From: Amphiscolops sp. MND2022
Lineage: Eukaryota
Direction: 5' to 3'
NCBI GenBank assembly: GCA_964187785.1
Contig: OZ076409.1
Location: forward strand, 25,732,001 to 25,796,000
DNA: 64,000 bases
The notes below the pieces were generated by a model. That model did no database searches, was not told the origin of the DNA, and was given only the letters and a program-made list of their open reading frames with translations. The position numbers were made by a program, and so were the translations under genes. Below are positions 1 to 13,233 of the stretch, piece by piece. How positions within the stretch are numbered: position 1 is the first letter of the stretch; every line of letters starts with the position of its first letter.

Positions 1-241
1 CAACACAATGGATGTCAAAAAATCCCAAAGGGTCCCCCTTTTACATTTTTTGGCACTGTGACACTGTTCAAAAATCTCATTTTAAAATTTTTTGGGACAT
101 TTTTTCAAGTCCCCAAAGGGCTCCTCTTCAATTTTTTTCATATTTCGCAACCAGCTGGAGTTTCACAGAGCCCGAAGGGTCTCTCTCTTTACAATTTTGA
201 GCCTTAGATATAGCGTCGACTTCGGCCGTTCTCAGCTTGTT
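1..241 (+). mobile_element. 3' part of a non-autonomous Helentron-like (HINE/DINE-1-type) element, family H1
   Basis: Ends TTTGAGCCTTAGATATAGCGTCGACTTCGGCCGTTCTCAGCTTGTT; the same terminus recurs at 5694-5731, 5933-5980 (minus) and ~53433-53472; internal AAAGGG(T)CCCCCTTT repeats. Confidence 0.6.
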
Positions 242-2674
242 TGTGTTTAGAGTACCATAAAAGTCCCAGAAAGAGCAAAGAGAGCCAAAATTAACAAACT
301 CCAGGATTTTTCCGTTTTGTGCCCGTATGAAGCTCGTTTTTGAAGCATCACGGAAATTGTGATGAAGCGTTTCGCTACTTGGCTAACTTTTGTTGTGAGA
401 AAATAAAAAATATGGAGAAAATGTCTGGAAGAAAGGAAATGAATAAAAATGCAGTAAATTATAATTTGCCAATTTCATGCAGATCCCATGTTGAGCCCTC
501 CCTGCGAGTCTGTACAGATCCTTGCAGATATTCCAGGCTTTATCGAAAATTATAAAGTCGTCAATACTGCTTTGAAAAAGAAATTAGTTGATGAAATGTG
601 CTCTACAAGATAAATACGCCTCCTAATTGAAGTTTTGGAAAACAGTTTCTGTGCGAATATGCACACAACTTTACAGAGTCGCACAGACTCCACAGAAGCA
701 ATTCAGATACTATTACTGCTTTTCTATAAAAATGAACAACCAAGAAAAGCCCCAGCCTAGTCTGAAGAACATGTGTGGAATATAAGCGGGGACACCGCAG
801 TCGCATAAACAGCAGTGATAATCATTAGGCGATAGGAGAACCAACAGTGGCACGATCTTTACAGATCCTCGAGGAAAAAAGGCACACAGATCTGTACAGA
901 TTCTCAAGGAAAGTCCAACATGGTAACTTGAACAATTTTTGGACGTTCCTCCAGCTATTAAAATGCAAGTTTGGAAATCCACCAATGCGAAAAATGGGCG
1001 AATCCAACATTTTTCTTTGTTTTCCTCAATTTTTGAGAGTTTCATTCAAAAATTTCCAATTTCATGTGTTTTGGATGTTTCTGAAGTGTAAGTGATTTAC
1101 CATAAAGTTCAACAACGAAACAGTTTGTCACTTGACACACTCTGATATAGAGAAACATTGTGTCCGTTTTTTGTCATGTTTGTACAATGTTTGGATGTTT
1201 TTGTCGGTATAAGCTCAACTACATCGTTAATTTGTTTCATTGCTCAACCCAGTTTTGTTTTTCTGACATCAGATTTCATTTAATTGAAGAATTCGGCCAC
1301 ATCATAAATGCTGGACATTTCTGCAAGTTTTTGGAAATTTTCATAATTCAAAAAATCTCATTTATGAAAATCTATAGACGTGATGTAATTTCTGTTTGTG
1401 ACAATGGGTTATACCATACTTATTATGAAATTCCAAGATGAACAACAAGATGTGGCACTTACAAAAACGAAGTTTTCTGTTGTCAGTGATGAGAGGCAAA
1501 CATTCCGTAATGAGTCCATTTATAGTTTGTCAAGACTCGTTTTCTTCCGGTTGAGACAGAAATTTGTGGGTCCAGAAGAATATGATAACTGAGAGAAATA
1601 CTAGGAATAGACTACATAAGATGCACGCAGCAGCGTAAGAAAAATTAAAACCCATTTTTAAATTTCTGGGAATCAACAAAGATCTTTGGTAGAAGAATTT
1701 TCTAGCATTCTTTGGTCTACTATTCGCATTCTTCGATGAGGCGAATTTTCAGAGATACATGTAAATTTAAACGGGTTGAGTGATTGCTAATTTACTGCAT
1801 CCAAACCGTGAGAAACTGGTAACTGCGTTATAAAGTGTACTCGTTAGTTAGGAAGGCTGCTCCTAACAACCAGTCAAGGACTTTTGCGCATCATTTCAGA
1901 GGGTACCACGTGAGATCAACGTTTGATGAAGGCGTGGAAAGGTGGGTTTTACCTGAAATTAAGCACATGGGTGGGGTAAAATAGAAACTGAAAAATTGAA
2001 AAAATCCATGTATGGTCAAAAAAGTGTAAAATGATACTAAATTCTTCTTAGAAGATATTATTAGGAACAATTTCTTCTCCAGTTGAATTGTATTTGATGT
2101 TGACCCTTAAAAATGGTTTTCGAAAAACGTTCAAAGGAGTGCTGAAAAATTTCCCATAGGAGCACGAAATTGTGCAAAATGGTAGAAACTTTTAAAATAG
2201 TTATTTACAATGAAATCCTTTGATGATAAAATTTCTTTTCTCTTCATGCTGGAACTGCAGATGAATTAAAAGATGAATATCAAATTTGCTCATCAACATA
2301 TGTTTGGCAAAAAATGCCTTTTTGACAGATGTGAAGAACATGAGTTGGACGCTTAAATTGCCTTTGGAAGCTTGAAAATTGGCCAACAATGATGTTCAAA
2401 CTTGGAGGCTTCAATTGTGAAAGTTTAACATTCAGCTTCATTAAAATTGAGAGGATCTGAAATCTTGAATTATTTCATCACATATATTAGGAATGGCAGT
2501 GGCAGAGTGGTATTTTTTGGATCCCGAGGCAAAAAAAATTTAAAAACGTGAAGCACATTGAAACGACAAAGATTTGACCAGTCAGAAGGAACGCTTGAAT
2601 AGAAACAAGACACCCGCTAAACACCGTCAGAAAATCAGGCGGAGTTGAGATGAGAACCCGCAACTAATTGATAG

Positions 2675-3242
2675 CCCGGGTCGACCCTCCATGGATATCT
2701 TAGTAAGATCTTGGCAAGATCTTGGAAAAATCTTAGCTAAGATCGTGACAAGATATTGCCAAGAATTGCAAGATGCCATGGTAAGATCTTGTCAAGAGAG
2801 CCATGTTTCCAAGAAAAATCTTACTAAGAAGCCCAATATGGCAAGAAAAATCTAACTAAGAAGCCGAATATGGCCAGAAAAAATTGCTACGAACTGCTCG
2901 ATATCGGGAAAAAGTAGAATCAGAAAACCATTAAATTAGGAGTTATGGAAAAATAATCTAGACATCACTCAAAACAAAATTACTGAATGATTTTTACAAC
3001 CATTTCGATATCGTTATTGTCCTTTCAATTGCAAAACTGTCGCCAACAACGGCGTCAGAAAAGCCTTGACCTGAATCATTACCCAAATTAGAGCAATGAC
3101 CGCCGTTTCTAGCAGTAATAAGGCTCCTGAAGTAGGCTCAAAGAAAGCTGGAAATATGATTTTTACAAAAATTTTAGGATTTCAAGGTCTTTCCTTTGTA
3201 ACTTTCCGACAGCCAAGATGCTAGTAAGAGGGTCAACCCGGG
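2675..3242. mobile_element. Non-autonomous TIR element with CCCGGG ends and 2-bp TSD (CMC/EnSpm-like)
   Basis: TIRs CCCGGGTCGACCCTC / GAGGGTCAACCCGGG, flanked by AG on both sides; ~11-bp AAGATCTTGGC subterminal repeats; related inverted copy at 48537-49546. Confidence 0.7.
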
Positions 3243-3275
3243 AGGCGGAGAGTTACATAAACAAGTAACTGAATT

Positions 3276-3371
3276 AGTTAAGTAACTAAAATAGTCAAGT
3301 GAATTGAAAGTGGCTCCCCTTGTCTATCTTGGCTTCACTTCACTTCACTCGACTATTTTATTTACTTGACT
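3276..3371. repeat. Short imperfect inverted repeat (MITE-like)
   Basis: AGTTAAGTAACTAAAATAGTCAAGTGAATTGAA versus the reverse complement of TTCACTTCACTCGACTATTTTATTTACTTGACT, about 29/33 matches. Confidence 0.5.
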
Positions 3372-5443
3372 CCATGGAGATCGTAGAGAATTTGGAAAAA
3401 AAACGCAACACAGATTATAATTTTCCTCACCCATTATATGTGGGCGGAAAATAACAAAAAATTGTTTCAGTATGTAACAGCAGCCTCTAACGTATAGACA
3501 ATGATGCTGAAAAAACTCGGAGCATTTGTGAAAAATTCTAATCCGAGTTTCTAGCGGTGGTCATGAGAGTAAAATCAAGATACTCAAAACAAGACAGCAA
3601 CAAAAAACTAGGACCGTTCGGAGAGCGTCCTGTGAGGCGGGACCTCACCGTCGGGGCGCGACTCCACGGAAGTAAAATGGATCTGTGGTGAATGGGCGCC
3701 AGCCCGGGCGAATTCTCCATTGTTATAGGTTTCTCCACCACCTCTTTGTAACGTAATAAGCGACCAATTACTGCTTGTCGTTAAAGTGAAATGCTTCTAT
3801 TTCCGTAAAATCTGCATTACTAGAGATTAGGTATAAACATGAAACCTCGAATTACCGAAATGACCAAGAAAAAGTTTTTTCGACATACTTCGAAACGTTG
3901 TTTTTGTTCACGACCATCATACAATTTTGTACAAGTTCAAACTGAACAAAAATATTAAACGCTGTCGTGGCCACATTTGCTATTTTCTACGGAAATAGGA
4001 TACCATAGAAAATTGTGTAGTCATTTTTTTCACATTCTCTCAATGAAAAAAGATTTTTGACTGGAGAAAACTCAGTTAGTAGCCTCTCCAGAAAATCAGG
4101 GAAATTCAAGGGCAGCACTTGAGCAACAGTTTGTAAAATGGAGCTATTGAACGAGTAGTGGAACGTTTGTTCTGAAAAACAATTGTCAAAATCTTTGTTT
4201 CAGTCTGGTAGCACCTCATCCATCACATTGAAGGCCGGACTTTTTATTCGCCAATAGAACCCACACATAAAGCAGCGATGAAAACACAAAAGCAGTATTC
4301 TAATGTGCAAACAACCCAATCGTAAGAATCGAAAATCTTTGACCGAAAAAGTCAAGTCGCAGCACCAATCGATATCAATAATGGGTTCTGCGAAATTTTC
4401 AAGAAACGTTCATTTTCTTTGCAGCTATCATCTGTGACACGTGAAGAAAAACGAATTTCAAAGTTTTCCAGGGAAAAATAAGTCCAGAGAATATTTAAAA
4501 AAGCTTCGGTCTGTTTGTCAAAGTAACACCAAAGCATTCTGTTCCAGTTCTTATGAGCCAGCTGAGAAAGCAGTTGAGGAAGAGATTAAAAATCAAAAGT
4601 TTTTGGCAAAAAGCAATTTTTTGTCTTTTAGTGCCCAAAACGATTTAAGACGACGCTTCGAAAGAACAGTCTAAATAACCGGAGATCCTGTTGATTTTGT
4701 CGCTTTCAATATTTTTTTTTCGACTCCGAAACTCTTTACACCAATGTAATTCGTAAGATGAACGTTATTTACAGATATATTAAGTTCCAGTTGAAATTAA
4801 TCTCGAATTTGTGTTGTATCGTAAAAAAAGAATATGTTTCCCGTTCTATAAACGAATTCGGAAAATTATCTTGGTGTGTTGTATTATGCAAAAGGAAACA
4901 AAACTGTTGCTGGAAAAGTAGCAGAACTTGTTTTCGTGTTGCAGATCGTCGAATTTTTACAGCAATTAAAATAGGGGCGGAAACTGACGACAGAGAGATC
5001 TCTCTTACTTAGAGTTCGAACTTCAACGAGTCAACAAATCAAGAAAAACAGTTTTTTGGCACACAGCAAGGTGTAATTTATGAAAATTTGAGTTGAACAT
5101 CCACTTCTTGCGAGGGGAGACAAAAAACAACCGAGATTTCGCTATATCCAATTGTTGACGTTATACCCAAATTTTTTTTACCGATACCTTTCATATTGCT
5201 AGTGAAAACGCAATTTGTTAAATCCACCTGGAGAAAGTATTCTGGCTGTAGACGGCACTTTTCGCCCATATCAAGTTCTCCAACAAAGGTTGAAAAATAT
5301 ATAACTTGGGCTGCACAACATTTAAGACGCGAAAACGAAACATTGCAGGTCGGAAATACTGTCAAATAGAAACAAGATCCACTAAGCTCCAATTTCAACA
5401 TTTGGTTTTGTGCATCAGTAAAACCTGTCAACATTCAGTCTTG

Positions 5444-5731
5444 TTTTTAGTCGGCGCGTTTTCCTTTTAGGGAAAAATGCCCGATTATAGCAGTGACTCT
5501 TTTGTTTTCTTCAGACTACAATCCTCACACTGATCGGTCCACATTTTAGAAACAATCCTGAAACCACCTAAGGCCAAGGCAAGCTTAGTCCAAAGGTCCC
5601 CTTTTTACATTTTTCGGCACTATGAAACATTTTTCGGAAGAAAAAAATTTCAAGAATTTGAAGTTTTTTTCTTAGAAAAATGTTATGTGCATTTTGAGCC
5701 TTAGATATAGCGCCGACATTGGACATTCTCG
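5444..5731 (+). mobile_element. HINE-like element, family H1 (short copy)
   Basis: 5' TTTTAGTCGGCGC and 3' GCGCCGAC subterminal inverted repeats; matches the minus-strand copy at 5933-6422. Confidence 0.6.
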
Positions 5732-5932
5732 AATACTAATACAGACACGAATAACAACTGCGGATAATGTGGACAACAAAACTGGACCTCACAACGCAAC
5801 TGCCCAGCGAAAACAATACAAAGCAAAAAGTAGGTGACAAAAAGTAGGTAGGTCTATTGGCCCTAGTATACCAGTGCAAGCCCTTGTTGAGCACGAGACG
5901 TAGAGAATTTTACCTGGAGGATGCAAACACTA

Positions 5933-6422
5933 AACAAGACGGGAACGTCTAAAGTCGGCGCCATATCTAAGGCTCAAAAAGCGCAAAAGATTTTTTTGGA
6001 AAAAAAATTGAAATTTTTGAAAAATTTTTTTCTTTCAAAAAAAGTCGCATATTGCCGAAAAACGTAAAAGGGGGACCCTTCTGGATTTCTTAACATACAT
6101 TCCGTTGCAAAATATCAAAACACTCGAAGGGGGACCCTTTGGGGACAAAAAAAATTTCGAAAAAAAGTCGCACAGTGCCGAAAAAAAACTTAAAGGGGGG
6201 ACCCTATAGTCTCGTCCTGTTTTGTATCTTACAATAAAAATGGACTTACTGAAAAGGGGGACCCTTTGCACTATCTCAAATGCGCTGCCAGTATTTTAGT
6301 AGTACTGTATTTAGTAGTTGAACGGTAATTTTAACGTTCGTCGCTTCGAGTCTGTCTTAAATAAAAAAAACGAGTGACTGTAATAGTCGGGCTCTTTTCT
6401 TAAGAAAAGCGCCGACTAAAAA
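5933..6422 (-). mobile_element. HINE-like element, family H1
   Basis: Minus strand begins TTTTTAGTCGGCGC and ends GCGCCGACTTTAGACGTTCCCGTCTTGTT; internal GGGGGACCC repeats. Confidence 0.6.
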
Positions 6423-6809
6423 GAATATGAACCAGACAAAATCCGTCACTTAACACACTTTGAAAAATCCAACCAAACAAAAATGACCACTAAACAATCA
6501 AACTAGAAATAAACGCAAAGAAACAAAATGTTAATACCGACACCGATTTCCGGTCACAATCAAGCAAACCAACCCATCACCGAACAAAACAGAAGATATT
6601 TAACTCTAAAAGAGAACCAAATGCGAACACACGCGAATAAACGAAGACGAGTATGGGTAAACACAACAACATAAGAATACTAATGATACCAACACAAAAC
6701 ACAATACCACGCCTTTTTTAGGTGTTAACTGGTTGAAATACCTACCAACCATCATAAACAAAATTTCACTCGACGAAAACAAACACCAATCAGAAAACAT
6801 TCACAGAAC

Positions 6810-7260
6810 ATTACACAAACAATTTGAAACAAACCACGCCATCAAAAATGCCCGGTTAGATGCACGAATAAAACCAAGATCCTACCCTACACAACAGAAA
6901 GTCCTACCAATACTTAACCAAATACAAAGCGAAGTGTGAGTCAAAACTGGACAGAGTAGTTGATTCGGGATACTTGGAACGATTGGAGTCTATATAAAAA
7001 GATTGGTTCGTATTTTACTTAGTATTAACGGTCAAAGAAGACAAAGCAAGTAAAATTGCTTAGGACGCCCAAAATCGAATAAACAGCTGCATAAAGAAGT
7101 GCCCCACATGCCAAATACGCATGAACTGCTAAACCAAAAATACGCTGACGTATTCCAAAGTGAAACCAACGCAATTTGAATATCAGTTATAAATTTCGAC
7201 TCCGTATACTAACAAATGATATTTGCACCGGAAACTAGTAAAGACTGCCTCTTTCAATCA
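6810..7260 (+). pseudogene. Decayed Ty3/Gypsy reverse transcriptase fragment
   Basis: Broken-frame motifs VLTVKEDKASKIA*DA, MPNTHELLNQ and ISVINFDSVY*QM parallel the RT relic at 32006-32350. Confidence 0.55.
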
Positions 7261-9423
7261 GTAACAGCCAGAATCTTAATACACGGACAGAAAATCTTAC
7301 CGACCGTAGAATACAGCATTTTAATCAACCAACCATTCCATCCTTCAGCAATCGTCTGAACTAGTTAAGTTGATGGCAAAAGATTGCTTTCTGAAACGAA
7401 AAGTACTTCTCTATTGATCATAGTGCTCTATAACAAAATTGGGATATTTTCTTTGAATCGCCCTCTCACTAATTCAATTTCCCCAGTTGAGCGTTCAAGT
7501 GAATTTATTGTTTCATTAATAGTAACAAACAATCAGATTTCTGTATCATTAAAATCTAATTGCAACTGAAACTCATCATTCATATTGAGGTAAATCTATA
7601 TTTTCCGCGCTTACTGTGGGGGAATTAACAGACAATATCCTAAAATTGTACCATGTCTGAGTCAGACACAATTTTTATGAATAATTGACAAAAAATTTGG
7701 AAATTAGGTATCAATTTGTGAAAATTGAGTGAGTATCGGATTGTGCCAGATATCATTACTCTTCCTTCTTTTACAATTGTTAAAAAGATGACTTTGATGC
7801 AAAAGCGAAATGGCATTTTGTCCATATTCTCTTTGTTGATGATGCAGCTATGGTTGACATACTAAGTTCTGAATTTAAGGACATAATTTTGTTACAAACT
7901 TTAATGAAGATGACCGGCATTGGTTGCAGTTATTTGAAAACTGAACTTGTCGTCTTCAGAAAACAATCCCTGAATCATTTGAACTTAGTATTTAGATTTC
8001 ATAAAAATTCCTTTTGTGAGAGCTACAATTATTTGAGGTTGCTTTTTGAGATAAAAACTCAAAAGTTTGAGATACACATCATACATGGTCACTGAAGGAA
8101 CTTGAAGCTCATCCTAGCACCAATGTTAATTAGCGCCAAAAAATGCAGTTATCAATGAAAAAACTCCAACCTTCTAATAGTCCTTAGTCCTTGGCATAGC
8201 CTTTATACCAAAACGACTGTCAAAAGTGCATGATCAGATTACGATGAAGTATTATCTTTGATTTGTCAAACTTTCTTGAAATATTTCCTCAAAGATTTTC
8301 ACATGTTTATTGCTTGCTGCTTGGTGACAGAAAGCCGTATGGTTGAAAATTGGAAAATCATTAAAATGTGATATCAATATTCCTGTGGTAATTTCAACAT
8401 ACGATATGTCTGTCTATACATTTTGTAAAATCAGTAGTGTTTAATCAATCAATCTCCAGGAATAGCCAAAATCATATGGGTGGAATGTGAACAAGATTTC
8501 AATGGCAATCCCAGCCAACAAAATCTAAATCCAGGCATTACTAACTGATTGAAATGGATTGGCGTTATTGAAATAAAAGGGCAGTAGGAGGACAGTAAAT
8601 ATGAATGGTGGATAAATTTAGTAATCAAGGAAGAATGCAACGTGAAATCATCAAAAACTGATTCCGAAAAATACTTTTTACTGCTGTATTTTGAATTTTG
8701 TCCAAAAATTTTAGTATCTTTTTGTAGCTTCTTTGAAAACAAATTCGAATTTGACGTGAAGAAAACACCAAAACTATATCTTTACTATGATAACAGTGGT
8801 GACTGAACGATTCTGCGAGGAAGCTTTTGAAATAAGAAATAAGAAAAAAGCTAAATTAGGTATGATTCATAAAAGACATAAAAATGGTAACTAATGTGCT
8901 TCAAACTCATCCAAAAACAGATGGCTCTCGTTGCACAAAGAAGTCCGCACTTGAATGGTGAAAAATAGAACAGAATTCTCAGAACACCATCTGCAAAACT
9001 ATCCGGTCATTGTACTATTAAGAGTGATGAAAAATGTTCTTAAAACCGAAAATATCTAATTATGAAAGAGAAGACTAATCAGTTTGAGAAAACAAATTTA
9101 ACGTTCTCATTCAACTGATTATCGTTTCGTCAGAAAAAATTGACAGACTTTTTGGTTTATCCCTTCATTTTCTACTAAATGGTTTCGATGTATACTACAG
9201 CATATATGCCACAACAGTGTCAAACTTCACTGGGAAACATAAGAAAAGACTCTAAATTTGCTAGGAAGCCAGCCTAGTCGGCCATGGGAAATATTGTGTA
9301 CTAGTAGATTGTGAGCTATTGTGAGCTCAGACACTTTGATGCGCCGAACAAAAATGACAAAACTGTGACGTAATTGCAGTATCAGCTTCCATGATATTCA
9401 GAAAGAAGTATTCTGGATCATAC

Positions 9424-11347
9424 TGTAGAAAATTTAGAATTCGAGGGCGGAGAGATTTTCCCAAGAATCTAACTCTATCAGAAAAAGGATTTTTGGTGAG
9501 TAAGTTCGGTTATTTCTATCGCGTTCTCACTTATCCAAAGTCTCTCCAGTGCTCAAGTTTTTCGGCCCAAGTCAATCTATCACGAAAAGAGATGTTCAAT
9601 AATCCAATTAACTTCTAATAACGATAATCAAATCGTCTCGTCAAGAATATCAAATCAAGTTAACAAATTGGCTAAAGCTTAGGTCCACGATTCAGTCAAC
9701 TAATTCGATGCGCAAAACACAAGTCCCGGACTTGTTCAAGTTCAATCGCTAGAGCTAACGACAAACCAGTTCTTTTAGCGAAGCCAAGTTTCTTGCCCCC
9801 GTCTCGAGGCTCGACTTGCTTGTAGCTCTCTAACTCGGTTGTGTCTTCAAGTATATTCCAAATCCGCCTCAATTATATTTGTTCATCGCCCGCATTTTAG
9901 TTGTACCGATGTCGCTCTTTTATTTGCATGCTTTTAACTTCATGTTGTTTCATTCCTTTTATGGCATGGCAGCGCCCTAGTTATACTTCGACTAAACATT
10001 CTTCGCCGCCAACGACAAATACTTCAACAAAGGTTGTACAAAGTTCACATTTCAATAATAATTCAAGTCACCCAAGATATTTCTAATATCGAGCCAATCG
10101 TTCAATGACCTTCAATTACATGGTTTACATGCTCTATACGCGTAAGGGGTACTTTTCCGTCCTTTCGGGCGCAATGCATCGCGAATCGTTCTGCCTGGCT
10201 GAATTGCATAACTTATCACTTAACGACGCTGATTTACATGTTTTATCATAAGTTTCTCTATATGTTCATGGGTTGCATCCAGAATGACCTTGAGGTCCAT
10301 CGGTGACCTTGAAGTTAGTCGTCCTCATCCAATGTTGCTACATGCCAGGTTATATCATCCTAGGGTCAATGGTCTTCGAGTTCCATGATATGTGTATCGT
10401 TTGTTTACTTAAGGAGGTTACCCCCGCATGGGTTACAAATACGTTTCCATTCTTGTTAGTAATCGACTACATTCATCGTTCCGGTTCGTTTGAGGTATTA
10501 CGAGCCAAGGTCAAATGTCTTTTATCGGTCGGGCCCGCGCGTCCGGTCCCGCGTGCCTTAAACAAACATTATTCCGCGCGTGGTGGACCGATCAATGTAT
10601 CTTTCATGTATATTACTTAGGGTTACTAGGTGAACATCTTGGGTAAGTTTCATGATCTTCGGGTCATCCGGTGGCTATTTACATAACATTCGAGGTTTAT
10701 TTACTGAGGGTCCGTACTCCTCCTACACGCGTCATTGGGTTCCAAAAATATGCGCAAACAACCTCTTATCCTATGGGCTATTGATTCCATGTATTACATG
10801 ACTTATTCCGTGCTTGGCCGATGAGTTCGTGGGGGGGGTCGACCTAGGTCACTTCCGGTGCTAATAGCCCGGGGCTGGGGGGCTTCGTCTCGGTTCTGTT
10901 TTTATGGACGAGTAGCACAACACCTCAGGTATACGTGTGCCAAATTTCAGGTCTCTACGATTAATAGTCTTTGAGAGAAACCGTTTGGGGGGGGAGTTTA
11001 AAGATTTGCAATGTGACGATTTCCAGTGTTGTATCTTAGGATAATTTCGCTCAAAAGTGGGACTTAGTGAAATTCGCTCTCAGAGATCAACTCTGACTTA
11101 GACAATTCGATCAATTACATCGACGACGTCACTCACTAGCTCGTTAATTTTGCCTGAGAAGTTTCGTTTACGAAGTAAACCTAGTTTGCCAATTAAGTCC
11201 TATCAAAGCATGCTTTTGTCAGTCTGTTCAGCAGTTTTCACTATTCCGGCGGTCCAAAAATGTAATTAACATAGTTCTGCCTATCGTATGTACTTCGTAC
11301 AAAAGCCATGAGAATTTTTGTGCACGCCAAAAACTAAAATTTCCACA
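9424..11347 (-). repeat. 3' LTR of element A (1924 bp)
   Basis: Direct repeat of 24118-26035 with roughly 25 differences by eye (~1.3%). Confidence 0.95.
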
Positions 11348-11359
11348 CTCTTCCCTTCT
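11348..11359 (-). promoter_or_regulatory. Polypurine tract of element A
   Basis: Minus strand AGAAGGGAAGAG directly abuts the TG of the 3' LTR. Confidence 0.85.
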
Positions 11360-11703
11360 GGACTTTTATTCTCCCGAATAAACTTAACGGTATTATCGTT
11401 GGCTGAATCGTGTGATCTAGGTTAAACATACACGTTTTGATAAGTGGTTGGGGCATGGGTCAGGACATTCCGAAATGAAGTCGATAGCACCGACCATGAA
11501 TAGTATATACATTGAACGAAAGCAAAAATAACAACACTAGAATGAAACGATAGAAGAAATCATTTAGTTTACCTATGTCACTCTAAAAACCTACAATGGA
11601 CTATGCGACTATGCAAGAGGGTGGGAGATATACACTAATGAACTTAAGTTCAATTTTTGATTGAATAAAGAGCATGAGTATTAAAAAAACTTTTGGGAGT
11701 GAG

Positions 11704-11997
11704 TTAATCTCGCGCTTTTCTGGAATTAGCCATGAACATGATTAATTCGCCAACTTGCAACCGATGATCAGGGTGGAGGTTTCCCGCGAAGGAGAAGATT
11801 TCTCTTAGGGTTGCAAGCAGGCTTGTCCACATCCGCGTTCCCGGTTGGACTTCTACGTTCCTTCTCCGGGGCCTGTCGGAGCAATGGATCCTAGTGATCA
11901 TGGGCGCATCCCCGAAGTCAAAAAAAATCCTCTCTAACAATACCACCTCTTGGAAATCCTGGCAGTCCCAATTCCAATACAATCCAAAATAAGCCAT
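11704..11997 (-). CDS. Orphan accessory ORF (97 aa), sense to element A
   Basis: ATG in gtcATGG context; more GC-rich than its flanks; globular-looking composition; no recognised homology. Confidence 0.45.
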   Translation of the reverse strand: MAYFGLYWNWDCQDFQEVVLLERIFFDFGDAPMITRIHCSDRPRRRNVEVQPGTRMWTSLLATLREIFSFAGNLHPDHRLQVGELIMFMANSRKARD

Positions 11998-12416
11998 GAC
12001 CGTAAGAAAAAATCAGTCTGTAATAGTAATGACCAAACTCACACTTTACTTTCTACCGCAACAAGAAAGATTCTTAAATTCAAATTTTTCGTACTGCGAT
12101 GTTTCATTTGGAGGGCTGCTTCGAGAGCTGTTTAGAGATCAAACAATTGTTTCCTGTAATCTTATTACTTTCAGCAACATTCGGTTACGGGCTTTTATGA
12201 TTCCATACTTGCCTGTTATGTTATTCACGTCTTAAAGTTCGTCAAGAATCAAAGATTACATGAGGTGGATTTCTCGCTGTCGAATGTTTTGTTTAGTTAG
12301 CAAATTTACTCTTCACCAACAGCTTTCGCCAACTCGACGTTTCGGAACTACAAAATTCTACTTTACATCTTTCAAAGTTTTACGTCTCTTACAAAATTTC
12401 GTGATAATTGAGAACC

Positions 12417-12713
12417 ATGGTGCACGAGAATATCCTAATACGACTGCGATGGGCGTCGCTCTACTATCGAAGGGCTTTCTCTACTCAGAGCCTGAGTGTG
12501 GACGGTGGTTACGATGTCAAAATGGTATTGGAGGATGGCGAGCAGTTTTTACTAGAATATCTGTCGCCTGGTTGGGTCGAATTTGCCCTGTTCCTGCTGA
12601 ATATCCCGATCCCAGGGGAAAACGTCGAGGGTCAGACATTTCGGCTCCGATTGGCCCGACGAACGTTGCACAGAATTTTTAAGAAAACGACCCTTCCAGA
12701 CTTCTTATCTTGA
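12417..12713 (+). CDS. Orphan accessory ORF (98 aa), antisense to element A
   Basis: ATG in accATGG context; more GC-rich than its flanks; no recognised homology. Confidence 0.45.
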   Translation: MVHENILIRLRWASLYYRRAFSTQSLSVDGGYDVKMVLEDGEQFLLEYLSPGWVEFALFLLNIPIPGENVEGQTFRLRLARRTLHRIFKKTTLPDFLS

Positions 12714-13233
12714 ATTCATTTGTACAAAAACTATCATTTTCACTCTAATTTCATCTTTCATCGCTTCATCCCTATTAACCTACTAAAATAATTTATTGCA
12801 TCTTTTCTTTTTGGCAATGCGTAAAGGACGAGTTCTACCGATCCTAATTTACTTGTTCGAGGATAAGTTTGGATTGGTTGGGGTTATTTGTTGCACCTAA
12901 CAAAACAACAAGGAGTGTAGCACTAGGGTAGGGGTTGCGAGATAGGGGTGTGGGTATGTTCATAGGCGCTTTCATAAATGTAATCTGTTAGGGTCAGGGT
13001 TGGGTCGGAAAATTTAAAGAAAAAGAAACTAAAAACAAGAAACGGGTTTTTCGAAGTTCGGCCTCGAGTCCAAGCAAGGTTACTCTTGAAAACATTGAAG
13101 CAGTCTCATCATCTTGCATAACTTAGCTTCGGCGAACTTCAATCTGCCCGACAGCAAGAAATATACTGATTTAACAAATAAATTTAAAAGGAAAATGTTA
13201 GTGTTTCCTAATCAGTTTTGTCAAATTTAATAC

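Noticed and set aside
5078..5434. 118-aa ORF, and similar ORFs at 7384-8742 and 27341-27676
   Set aside because: No recognisable domains and mostly non-ATG starts; cannot be supported without homology or expression data.
9391..10620. Short ORFs duplicated at 24097-25314
   Set aside because: They lie inside the two LTRs of A, so the duplication reflects LTR identity rather than coding conservation.
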